Below are positions 38,401-54,115 of a stretch of 64,000 nt of DNA, in pieces (position 1 is the stretch's first letter; each line of letters opens with the position of its first letter). Below the pieces are notes generated by a model. That model was not told where the DNA came from, did not search any database, and saw nothing but the letters and a program-made list of their open reading frames with translations. A program made the translations under genes and the position numbers. Source of the DNA: Selaginella moellendorffii (lineage: Eukaryota > Plantae > Lycopodiophyta); NCBI RefSeq assembly GCF_000143415.4, contig NW_003314370.1:276295-340294 (forward strand). The letters are read 5' to 3'.

Positions 38401-39767
38401 TTGTTACAGTTGCGCGGCCGCAGTGGTAGGCAAGGTGATCCAGGAACATCAAGATTTTTCTTGAGTCTAGAAGATACCATATTTCGGATATTTGGCGGTG
38501 AAAGGATAAAGGTGAGGTAGTTGTCATTTTGTAGATCTTGACAAATGCTTATTTTGGTGTTATCAGGCTTTGATGACAGCTTTCCGAATCGAGGATTTGC
38601 CGATCGAGTCAAAAATGCTCACGAAATCGCTGGACGAGGCTCAAAGAAAAGTCGAAAACTATTATTTTGAAGCCCGTAAACAGCTGTTCGAATACGATGA
38701 GGTGCTGAATAGTCAACGTGATCGTGTCTACACGGAACGTAAGCGTGCTTTGCTATCAAAGGATTTGCAGCCGCTTATGATGGAGTACTCTCAACTGACA
38801 ATGGATGACATTCTCAATGTACGTTTGCGTAGAGTTAATTCTTTTACTTACGTTTTTTACTGTCTCCGTGCAGGCCAACATTAGCGACGAGCTTCCAAAG
38901 GAAGAATGGGATTTAGAAGGTCTAGCATCAAAAGTCAAGCAGTGAGTTTTTACTTTCTTTTCGAGAACTTTCCTTTTATCTATCGTAACGCTCAACACAT
39001 CTGCACTGCAGATACTGCTTTCTCCTGGATGACTTATCTGTTGAAGTGCTACTAAAAAATGCTGATACAATTGAGAGTTTGCGGGAGTATTTACATAAGC
39101 GCGGCCGTGAGGCATACCTTGAAAAGAGAGTACGTATCCAAAACTGGGAGTCACTGAGATTTCTCACACCCTCGTGCTGTTTGCAGGCTGATGTTGAGAA
39201 ACAAGCTCCAGGTCTAATGCACGAAGCTGAGCGATACTACGTTCTTACTCAAGTGGACAAGCTGTGGAAGGAACACCTCCAAGCTTTGAAGTTTATCCAA
39301 CAAGCAGTTGGACTCCGAGGCTATGCTCAAAGGGACCCGCTCATCGAGTACAAGCTAGAAGGCTACAATCTTTTCCTGGACATGATGGCTCGTATCCGTC
39401 GCAACACCATTTACTGCGTCTATCAAGTAAGCTCGTCTATCCTTTTCATGCTCCTTCGTTTTGGACTTCCATTTTGTCTGTATGTATGAAGAGCATCCAC
39501 GCGATAGTGATTGCTTGATCCGTGTTCCTCACATTCTCTTGTGTTGTATGTTCTAGTCTACATTACACCTTCGCTCTCCCAGCTTTTGATTGTTTCATTG
39601 CATTTTTCGTTTCTTTGGAGCTGGGTGATTGATTGATTGATCGATCAGCGAGCTGACCAATTCTTTTTCTCTTATTTTTGCATCAGTTCAAGCCAGTGAT
39701 GATCGACAAAGAAACACTGGATCGATCGAAGAGCACGAAAAACGGGAAAACTGCTGCCACAGTCTGA
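35460..39767 (+). CDS. SECA1: Plastid preprotein translocase SecA1
   Basis: Transit-peptide-like N-terminus; [75 protein letters not shown]; last exon FKPVMID...TV* (TGA 39765-39767). Confidence 0.97.
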
Positions 39768-39957
39768 TGAGAAATAGGTGCACAGGACCGCAAGGGAAAA
39801 AATTGAAAAGATTCGCATAGATTCCGAGGATGGAATATACACAGAGTACGGTGGGCCCAAGAATGCGGTACGGCACTTTGGTGGATATGGGCGAGGGAGT
39901 TCTTCTCGGAGGAAAGCCCCCCTGTTTATTTAGGGTTCTTGGGAGGCAAGGATTGCG

Positions 39958-40395
39958 ATGGCGGCATTGGGATGCTTTCGCGCGGTGTGCCTCCTCCACG
40001 CAGCGATCGACTGCGTCTCCGGCTGCCTGATGATCTTCTTCCTGTGGGAGCTGGCCGAATTCGGGCATGGCAAGACGACATCCAGCAAGATCCTTGGATC
40101 CACGCCCTATGATCAGCTCCTCATCGCGACCTCGGAATCCCTAGTCGGGATGCTGTTGCTCGTCATTGGCCTCCTCCTCTTCATGGTATCTTTTGTAAAA
40201 GATCGGGATTTCCAAACTTTCTTCGCCAAGGGCTGTATCGTCATTCACGGCCTCATGGTGGTGTGGAGGCTTGCGTTTGAGATCAGGGTGGAGGAGCTGG
40301 CTGGGGACTCGATCAGGCAGATGATTGGTGATTGCTTGTTGGGATCGTCATGGATCTTCTTCTTGATTTGGAATTGGAGGGAGAAATACGACTGA
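39958..40395 (+). CDS. Conserved plant small multi-pass membrane protein of unknown function, intronless
   Basis: 145 aa, four hydrophobic segments, FGHG...GSTP.DQLLI and C-terminal WREKYD (recalled as At1g53035-like). Upstream TGGGCCCA (39852) and TTAGGGTT (39930). Confidence 0.8.
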   Translation: MAALGCFRAVCLLHAAIDCVSGCLMIFFLWELAEFGHGKTTSSKILGSTPYDQLLIATSESLVGMLLLVIGLLLFMVSFVKDRDFQTFFAKGCIVIHGLMVVWRLAFEIRVEELAGDSIRQMIGDCLLGSSWIFFLIWNWREKYD

Positions 40396-40748
40396 CTTGG
40401 CCGAAATATCGATCCCAGGAAAGCATACGCTGCTCGCCCCTATCCCAGATCGGCATCTCTAGTGTTCACCCTCTCTTTCCTCCTCTTTCTACCTTCTTCT
40501 TCCTTCTTTCTTGGGCATTTACTCCAATAAGCTTGATTTTCATACATACATTCGCGATCTTTGTGTGTGTGTGATTGATCGTTTTTGGCATTCTTTCCTA
40601 CCCAATGCTGTAATTTCTATCCTTTACCCTTTTTTCCTTCCTGGTTATGACATGGTTGCATTTTTGTTGTGTGACATGGCTCATTTGGGCATTGCTTTTC
40701 GTGATTCCTTTTCCCTGGTTGGAATTGATTGAATCCAGAGGTTTGGAT

Positions 40749-42334
40749 ATGGCAACTTATGGGCTTTGCTGGAAGAGTAGCTTCTTCCCATCTGCTGGGA
40801 CGAGTCTAGAGCCCCTGAGTTGTAGACGCTCGTTCTTAGCACGTAGGACCGTCGTCACAGCAAGCGTTGCTAAAGACGCTGATGCTATTGGCAAGCCAAA
40901 GCGCTTCTACTGGAATGTTACGGGATTCCCCTTTCCACTGGGACCATTTCTTCAACGAAAGACAGTTCGAAAAGAGGTAAGAAAGTCATCTCTCTTTCCT
41001 TTCTGGATTTGATGATCGGCTTCTTTCTAGGTGATCAAGGACAGCATCTGGACTTTTGAGCAAGAGCAAGGGCTTGGGTTCAGCAGTATCAGCACCAACG
41101 TGCGAATGACTGTGATCAAGCTTAAGTCTGGGGGCTTGTGGGTGCATGCTCCCATTGCTCCCACCAGCGAGTGTCTCCAGGTACTCACGGTTTATTCTAG
41201 TAAGTTTCTCCATGCTCACTCACACTGTTGAAACTTGCCAGCTGCTCAAGGAGCTGCAGAAACCCATCGAGTACATCGTGCTGCCAACTTTTGCTTACGA
41301 ACACAAGGTCTATGTTGGGCCCTTCTCCAGGAACTTCCCGCGGGCTCAGGTGTGGGTAACACCTGGTCAATGGAGCTGGCCTCTAAACCTGCCGCTGGAA
41401 TTTTTTGGAATTTTCTCGTCTCGGACGCTACGTGACGATGGCTCGGTTCCATGGGGGAGTGAGATTGACTACAAGATTCTGAGCTCACCTGAAGTTGGTT
41501 TGCGCTGTTCCTGCTCACTCATCTTCGCATTTAACTGGAAATGGTTTTGCAGGAATTGGACCTTACGTCGAGGTTGCATTCTTCCACAAGAAGTCGAGGA
41601 CGCTGCTCATGACAGACGCGGTGATTTACGTACCCGAGAGACCTCCCGAGGTTGTGAGCAGGGAAGCGCTGCTGGCATCCGCTAGAAACGGCTTGGCCGT
41701 CAAGCTGTTGAGCAAAGGCAAAGAGGTTTTGGATGAACCTGTTATTGACAACGATCGAAATCGCCAGAAAGGTGAGCATTCGTGATTCCTTGAATGAACT
41801 GGGTTGTGAAGGTTGTGGTTTGCCGCAGGATGGGAAAGAATGGTGCTGCAAATACTTTTCCTAGGCCCCTCGAACTTGCTGGAACCAGAGTACTCATTCT
41901 CTCAAGTCTCCAAGCGGCTCATTGTCTCTCCAATTGTGAAGACTCTTGTCTTTAGCAAAGTTCCTGAGAAGGTATTTCTTTTTATTTCTATGTTTTGTAC
42001 GTGAACTTGACTTGGTATAGACAACGTTTAGGTGAGAGACTGGATAGATTTCATCACAGGCTCCTGGAAATTCCGGCAGATCATACCAGCACACTTCGCG
42101 GCACCCATAAGAGCTGGACCCCGGGAGCTGAGAGCGGCCTTTTCATTCATCGACGAGCTTTTGGAAGAGGAGGATGACGACGTCCTTTCGTCGCTGCGAC
42201 TTGGCTTCTCGAGATTGTGGAAGAACGCGGGCAGCATTTTCTCCAGCGAAGACATGAAAACGCTGTCATCGCTGGACGAGTTCCTGGTGTCGCTACGAGT
42301 GGTAAAGAAGACGGTTTCCAGCAAACTAAGATAG
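40749..42334 (+). CDS. DUF4336-family protein (At3g01060-like), probably plastid-targeted
   Basis: FYWNVTGFPFPLGP, RMTVIKLKSGGLWVHAPIAPT, LPTFAYEHK, EVAFFHKKSRTLLMTDA, IIPAHF across about 6 exons; transit-peptide-like start. Confidence 0.85.
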
Positions 42335-42390
42335 TTGTTCTTCTCTCACACAGAAAGAAGAATAGAAGGTATTGTTTCTTTCGTTTACCA

Positions 42391-44550
42391 TTACCAATAA
42401 TCTTGGCAGGAGCACCTTCCATCGTCAAAATGATGGAATCTATTCGAGTCTCTCACAACAATCCTGCGCTTGGTGACGAGCGAGATAAACTTGGTGACGG
42501 TGTGGCAGTCGAGACACACCCGGAGGTTCTTGATGATCCACAGTTGGGTTCCAGGCGGAGTGGCAACCAGGCCAAAACCGATCGCCAGCCTCTCACTGTG
42601 CTGCCAGAGGAGCCGCTCCTTCTCGCTCTCTCCAATGTCGTGAAGAACCTCCCGGACCTCTGGAGCAAACAGCCTTTGCTCCACCATCATCCTCTCCAAT
42701 CTCCGGAGCTCCATCGCGATCTCCTCGCCCTGTGGATGCGCGGCAAGATCGTCGCCGACGCAAAACCTGTGATCCACACCGCCAACTTCAATGCTGCTCA
42801 CGCAGCGCTGGATTCTCACCCCTCTTTCTTTCATTGCACGCTTCACCCTCGCGGCCTCGGCGTGACACCCTGCCCCGGCAAAGAGATTCGCGAGCAAGAC
42901 GTACGGGCAGCCGCCGCCGCCGTACTCTCCGTACGCCTCGAGCTCCATCAACTTCTCAGCGGCCCGTACGCCGGCTCCCATGTTGCCGTACGACCGGGCC
43001 GCGCCCAACAGGCTCATCCACGCCACGTCGCCGGGCACGTACGGCATTGCGTTGACCAAGTCCTCGCAGTCTTTGACCCGGCCCGCGCGGCCGAGTAAGT
43101 CAACCATGGTCAGAAAGTGGTCGCAGGTGGGGTCAACGCGGTGGTCAGAGCTCATGCTCACGAGGTAGTCACGACCGGCGTTGACCGTCCCCAAGTGGGC
43201 GCATGCCAGTAGGACGCTGGCAAAGCAAACGTGGTCAGGAGCCACGCCGTCGAGTAGCGCTAGGTGGAACGTCCGGATGGCCTCCACGTCATGCCCGTTC
43301 TGGGCATTTGCAGCCATGGCGGCGCTCCACGCCACCACGTCTTTCTCCAGCATGGAATCGAAGGTATCAGCCGCGGCAGCAATCCGGCCGGTATGGCCGT
43401 ACGCCGCAACCATGCTGGTCGCGGCGACGCGGCCGTGCTGCGGCATCCGTATGAAAGCCACCTCGGCCTGCCATACGTGCCCGCCCTGGGCATTTGCAGA
43501 AACGAGTACGGTCCATGAGACGGCGTTCTTGGCGGGCATTTTGTCAAAGAGGGGCTTCACTTCTGTGGCATTGGAACACATCGATATCAAAAGCGTCCAC
43601 GAAACGATGTCCCAAGAGGGCATCGTCTGGAAAACTCTTTCGCGGCAGACAGGTGAGCTCTGCGCCTGGATCAATGCATTCCAAGAGATTTCGTTCCTTT
43701 CGGGCATCGAATGGAAGGTCTCGAGGGCTTCCTGAATGCGACCATTGTTTGCAAACGCGACGACGAGAGTGTTCCAAGACGCAGCGCTCGTTAGCGGCAT
43801 GAGCTCAAAAATTCTTTGCGACTGGAGTGTATGCCCGCAATGGGCATATCCGGCTGCTAACGCGTTCCACGCCACCACGTTTCTTAGCGGCATAGAGTCA
43901 AAAACACATTTTGCTTCCGTGACACGGCCTAGTTTTGCAAAAATGCTGACCATCAGCGAACAGGATACAACCGTTCGCTCCGGCAGATGACAAAACAAAA
44001 CTTCTGCCTGGTCCAGATACCCACAATGGGCATATGCATTTATCATTGTGTTCATGCAAACTAGATCTTGCTCTGGCATTCTTTCAAACAATGCTCGAGC
44101 AAGACCAGAAAATCCACTCTCGGCAGTGGCTTGCAGTAAGACAGTCCAAGAGATCATATCTCTCTCTGGCATTCTTTGAAACATGTTTAACGCAAGCTGC
44201 AGATGCCCAACCTTGGCATTTAGTAGAATCACCGACGTCCAACACACACTATTTCTCTCTGGCATTCGATCGAACGCCACCTTTGCGCCGTCGGCGTCCC
44301 TGCTGTTGACGAATGCGCCAAGCATGGAACTCCACGAAAAGATGTTCTTCTGCTTGATCTCTTGGAAAACTTGAAAGGCATGATCCGAGTTTCCGAGCTT
44401 GCCATACTTGTGGATGAGAAGATTGCCGAGGTATCTGTCCGTGCCAAGGCCGCTCTCGCGAATCTGGGAGTGGAGCAAGGCAAGATTCCTGGCATCGACG
44501 CAGCACTTGATGAGGCCAACGAAGTGTTCTTGACGGTGGAGCAGTGGCAT
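42391..44550 (-). CDS. PLS-E-DYW PPR protein (C-to-U RNA editing factor), intronless
   Basis: Tandem PPR motifs, E1/E2, HSERLA, KNLRVCLDCH, C-terminal RFHHF..GRCSCQDYW*. First in-frame ATG at 44550. Confidence 0.95.
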   Translation of the reverse strand: MPLLHRQEHFVGLIKCCVDARNLALLHSQIRESGLGTDRYLGNLLIHKYGKLGNSDHAFQVFQEIKQKNIFSWSSMLGAFVNSRDADGAKVAFDRMPERNSVCWTSVILLNAKVGHLQLALNMFQRMPERDMISWTVLLQATAESGFSGLARALFERMPEQDLVCMNTMINAYAHCGYLDQAEVLFCHLPERTVVSCSLMVSIFAKLGRVTEAKCVFDSMPLRNVVAWNALAAGYAHCGHTLQSQRIFELMPLTSAASWNTLVVAFANNGRIQEALETFHSMPERNEISWNALIQAQSSPVCRERVFQTMPSWDIVSWTLLISMCSNATEVKPLFDKMPAKNAVSWTVLVSANAQGGHVWQAEVAFIRMPQHGRVAATSMVAAYGHTGRIAAAADTFDSMLEKDVVAWSAAMAANAQNGHDVEAIRTFHLALLDGVAPDHVCFASVLLACAHLGTVNAGRDYLVSMSSDHRVDPTCDHFLTMVDLLGRAGRVKDCEDLVNAMPYVPGDVAWMSLLGAARSYGNMGAGVRAAEKLMELEAYGEYGGGGCPYVLLANLFAGAGCHAEAARVKRAMKERGVRIQRCVSSIEVGGVDHRFCVGDDLAAHPQGEEIAMELRRLERMMVEQRLFAPEVREVLHDIGESEKERLLWQHSERLAIGFGLVATPPGTQLWIIKNLRVCLDCHTVTKFISLVTKRRIVVRDSNRFHHFDDGRCSCQDYW

Positions 44551-44664
44551 GCCTTGAAAGAACCATGCCTCTTTCACCAAGACAAGGATAAAACCATTAC
44601 AAAGATAAATGGAAAGAAGCCACTTCAGTTCAAAAGTAACTTACAAGTTAGCAAGAAATGAGTT

Positions 44665-46612
44665 TTACACGCCTTGAGAGGCTTGTTTAGCTGCACAGTG
44701 ATTTGCTACGTGAGCCTTCTTCTCTTCTGCTACCTGCTAGAAAGAAGAAAATAAATGAGGAAGAAACATAAAACCATCACGAAAAATCATACCTGACTAG
44801 CAAGTTGCGCACAATCCATGGTTTCTTCGGACTCCTCTTTGCTCGGTTTAGCCTTTACTACGGCCTTTTGGACGTCCTGTGGTTTCCTCCTGTGATGTTT
44901 TCCTTCCTGGCGTTAGAGAGTAACTGAGGATCAAACGAAACAAACCTTGCCATGTAAGATTGCACTGCCTGAGCAAAGCCAGGCTTGTACGAGAAGAGCA
45001 GCCCACGGAAGAGCTTCCCATCGATGGAGGCTTCTAGCGTGTAACCGTAGTTGAATACGTCGCTTACTCTAGCCTCGAACATCTTCTCGCCTAGCGGCTG
45101 GACGTGAGCTTGAAACTCTGTAGCAGGAGTTTGACAGGGAAAAATTGGAGAGGTCCAAGGTTTTCCGCAGATACCTCCGTGAGATGAAACCAAGCTCTTG
45201 TCCGCATCCCGTTGCTTGTCTAGCACGAATGGCGTGGCACGATACTCTTGCCGCCTTCTCTTAAGTTCCTTACGCATGGATAGCTTTGGTTCTGATGGAT
45301 CTTTCTCCCTCAGCATCTCTTCACAGAAAAACGGCAACCATATTGTCAAGAATGGCAGCAACGTCAATAAAAGAAGAAGCCAACCTGTGTCGAGGAAATA
45401 CATGTCATCCAGAGCTTCAAGCTCTTCGTTACATCCCCCATAGAAGAATAATATGCCTCGCTCTGCGTCCACGGAATCTCCTGCAAGGGAGAAACGTGGA
45501 GAAGGCCCGGGACCAGAGGGATTCGAAGTCGCCCAAACACCAGTCGCTACAAAATGCCCCATGAGACCAACAGGAAACAAATCTACCTACAAGTGCACGT
45601 ACTTAAATCGAGAGTGTGGACGTCATTGAATAGCTTGCGATCATCGGAGAATCCTCCAAACACGACGAGATACTTTCCATGGCTGATTGTTGTGTGCCCG
45701 GCTCTTGGCATCAGCTCGGCACCAGTCGTCTTTACCTCCCGCCATGCCATTGTTTCTGGAAACGCAAATGAATTCGCAAGTTTAAAACCAGCACAATGTA
45801 TGTACCTGTGTCCAGAATATGAACGTCGTTTAGATAGGCATTACCACCGTCCTCGCCACCCATGACAACAAAACAGTTCTTATAGGAAGAGCAGGTATGG
45901 CTATCCCGAGGAATAGGCGAGACTCCAGTGGTAGACATCTTCTTCCAGACAAAAGTATCTACAGGAAAAAAAAAAGTTTAGAAGAAAACAAGGAAAAATA
46001 ACAGGATATTACTCGTGTTCAAAACATGGAGGTCGTTGTAGTACTCCTCCTCTGAGGGATCGCTGGATTTCCCACATCCCCCAAACACGAACAGGTTGTC
46101 ACCAATGAGAGACGCGCTATGTCCTTCTCTCGGAGCAGGAACATCACCAAAAACGTCGGGTTTCCCCCAGGTGTTGGTAGCTGCATCGGATGATAAGAAC
46201 AAGAAAAAAAACTCGATAGAACTCGGAGCTTACCAGTATCCAAAACAAAGAGATCGTCGAGCGGGCTGGTTCCATCAGTACCGCCAAACACATAGAGCTT
46301 AGACCCGACGGCCGTGGAGCTGTGGCTGTCCCGAGGAGAAGGGTGCGCTCCTTTCATCACAGGCTTGCTCCAGGTGTACGTCCCTGCGCGATCCCATCAA
46401 AAACATGATCAAAACCATATTTTCCGGAAAACCCAGAAGAGGAAACTTATACCAATGTCGAAGACGTGAACATCGTTGGTCTGGCACTCGTCCCGGCCGT
46501 AGCCACCGAAAATGTAGATGAGATTCCTGACCGCATTACAGGTGTGGCCCCATTTGCACCCCGGCGGCTGCTGCTGGAGCTGATCGCTGGATCGACGAGG
46601 CGCCCACTTCAT
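44665..46612 (-). CDS. Kelch-repeat protein (At1g18610/At1g74150-like)
   Basis: KWGHTCNAV..IYIFGG, PRDSHS..YVFGG, PREGHS..FVFGG and related repeats; C-terminal FEARV...GYTLEASIDGKLFRGLLFS; last exon VAEEK...QGV*. Confidence 0.88.
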
Positions 46613-46752
46613 CTTTACCCTAAAATACAAGTGTAAAAGAGAGACTACAGGGTTTATAGCGCTGCAAAATAGAAATCCCTCTCAATGCATTAAAAACGCA
46701 AGACTGGAGAGCAAGGAAGCAAACCGTGGACGAAAATTTCTATTTTTAATCT

Positions 46753-46925
46753 TGGTTCCAGCCTCGAGCACCTGGAACAAACAGGAACTTTAAGCCTCGA
46801 AAGAGAATAGCGAAGAGCAAGACCTTGATTCTAGTCGTGGTTCCAGCCTCGAGAACCTGGAACAAACAGGGACTTGAGAGACTCGAAAAAAGAATAGCGA
46901 CGAGCAAGAGTGAAGAACCTTGATT

Positions 46926-46931
<6 letters not shown>
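46753..46931. repeat. ~85-95 bp imperfect tandem duplication spanning the PKL stop/3' region
   Basis: TGGTTCCAGCCTCGAG..CCTGGAACAAACAGG...GAGCAAGA..CCTTGATTCTAGTCGT present at ~46753 and ~46838. Confidence 0.9.
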
Positions 46932-52414
<5,483 letters not shown>

Positions 52415-52465
52415 TGCTATCACTCCCTGGACGAAAACCTAGAACTAAAAAACAATGGAAGAAAT

Positions 52466-54115
52466 ATGAACGCCATACCTTCCAGCTCGATTGGTATCCA
52501 GAAGCTGCGATCCTTCGCCAAGGAGAAGCGCCGGATCGAAGAACAGGAGGAGGAGCTCGAAGAGGACAAGGATCGCTCCTTCTTCTCGCTGAGGAAATGC
52601 CGCGTGCTAGCCGATGCCAAGCGCCTGCATTCGCTGGTCGCGCTCCACGATCGCTCCCAAGAACCCTACCTCCACAATCTCGTCGTGCAAATGTATGGCC
52701 GATGCGGCAGCACGCGCGACGCGATCGCGGCCTTCCAAGATATTCGCGACAAGAATCTCTTCTCCTGGAATATCGTGCTTGGGGCGTGCCTGCGTAGCGG
52801 CGATGGATTGGCGGCGCTGGAGCTCTTCTGGAGAATGGATTGCGATGGATCCGTGAGGCCAAACCGGATCACGCTCCTCTGCGTCGTCCGCGCTTGCTCG
52901 ATCCTGCCCCAGTCCGCTAGAATCCGGCGGATTCTCGAAGCCGTCCACTCCAGATGTGGCAGTGATGTCGCTGTGGTGAATTCTCTGCTCACGATCTATG
53001 GCCGCTGGGGAAGATTATCGGATGCCATGGCAATATTTCGGCTCCTGGGCAAGAACCGAGACCAAATCTCCTGGACTGCGATGATCACTGCGTATGCCCA
53101 GCACGGGCATCCATCCGACGCGCTGGACCTCTACCGACAGATGGATCCCAGGCTGATCGACAAGACCGCATTGATCAGCATTCTTGGCGCCTGCTCCAAT
53201 CTTGGAACCCCAGGGCTCTCCCAGGGCAAGCAAGCGCACGCCCTGATCTCTTCCCGCGCCTACGACCAAATCGGCGACGCCGTGACGAGCAACGCGCTCA
53301 TCAGCATGTATGCCAAGTGTGGAAGCCTCGCCGACGCCAAGGCCGTCTTCGATCGAATCCCCCGCGCGATTAGAACTGTCGTCTCCTGGAACAGCATAAT
53401 CCAGGCCTACGCGCTCGCCGGACGCTTCGATCAAGCCCTGGAGCTCTACCGCGCCATGGATCTCGCCAAGAACGACGTAACATTCGCTACTGTGCTTGGC
53501 GCTTGCTGCTCGCTAGCCGACGCCCAAGACATCCACGGGCATATTCTCCATAGCCAGCGCCAACGCGAGCCTCTCACCGGTACGGCACTGGCCCAAGCGT
53601 ACGGCAGGGTGGGCGCGCTACCGCTGGCCGCCGCGGCATTCCGCGACATACGCACGAAAACTACGGTCACCTGGAACACGCTGCTGGCGGCATATTCCAA
53701 CCGTGGTCACGTAACCGTGGTAGCCACTCTCTTTAGAGAGATGAGCTTGGAAGGCATACAAGCCAATGCAGTGACTTTCGTGAGCCTTCTCCAGAGCTCA
53801 AACCAAAGCTTAGACGCGAGCTTTTTCTACTTCCTGGAGATGAGAAGAGAGTATGGGATTTCTCCAAGCGCCGAGCACTATGGTTGCATTGTAGACAGCC
53901 TTGGACGAGCTGGAGAGCTCGATCGAGCTCAAGAGTTGATAGAAGCTATGCCGTTTCACGAGGACGCTGTGGCTTGGATGAGCCTTCTCTGTGCGTGTGC
54001 CATTCACGGAGAGTTTAGACGGGCTCTGGAGGCCGCTGAAAGAGTTGTTTCGCTGGAAGGAAACGACAGTGCTCCCTACACACTACTCTCAAATATGTTC
54101 GTATACTTGCCTTGA
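52466..54115 (+). CDS. PLS-E class PPR protein, intronless
   Basis: P-L-S triplets (NALISMYAKCGSL.DA), EHYGCIVDSLGRAG, E1 AWMSLLCAC, E2 truncated at YTLLSNMF. First ATG at 52466; the real start could be downstream. Confidence 0.9.
   Translation: MNAIPSSSIGIQKLRSFAKEKRRIEEQEEELEEDKDRSFFSLRKCRVLADAKRLHSLVALHDRSQEPYLHNLVVQMYGRCGSTRDAIAAFQDIRDKNLFSWNIVLGACLRSGDGLAALELFWRMDCDGSVRPNRITLLCVVRACSILPQSARIRRILEAVHSRCGSDVAVVNSLLTIYGRWGRLSDAMAIFRLLGKNRDQISWTAMITAYAQHGHPSDALDLYRQMDPRLIDKTALISILGACSNLGTPGLSQGKQAHALISSRAYDQIGDAVTSNALISMYAKCGSLADAKAVFDRIPRAIRTVVSWNSIIQAYALAGRFDQALELYRAMDLAKNDVTFATVLGACCSLADAQDIHGHILHSQRQREPLTGTALAQAYGRVGALPLAAAAFRDIRTKTTVTWNTLLAAYSNRGHVTVVATLFREMSLEGIQANAVTFVSLLQSSNQSLDASFFYFLEMRREYGISPSAEHYGCIVDSLGRAGELDRAQELIEAMPFHEDAVAWMSLLCACAIHGEFRRALEAAERVVSLEGNDSAPYTLLSNMFVYLP

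Noticed and set aside
31984-39767. Bacterial contamination or recent HGT suggested by NusB and SecA
   Set aside because: Both have spliceosomal introns and N-terminal extensions, as expected of endosymbiont-derived nuclear genes.
42217-43098. 293-aa plus-strand ORF
   Set aside because: Antisense shadow of the GC-rich DYW region.
31984-44550. Functional cluster of plastid genes (NusB, SecA, DUF4336, PPRs)
   Set aside because: Plastid-targeted and PPR genes are common, so chance adjacency is sufficient; no shared element seen.
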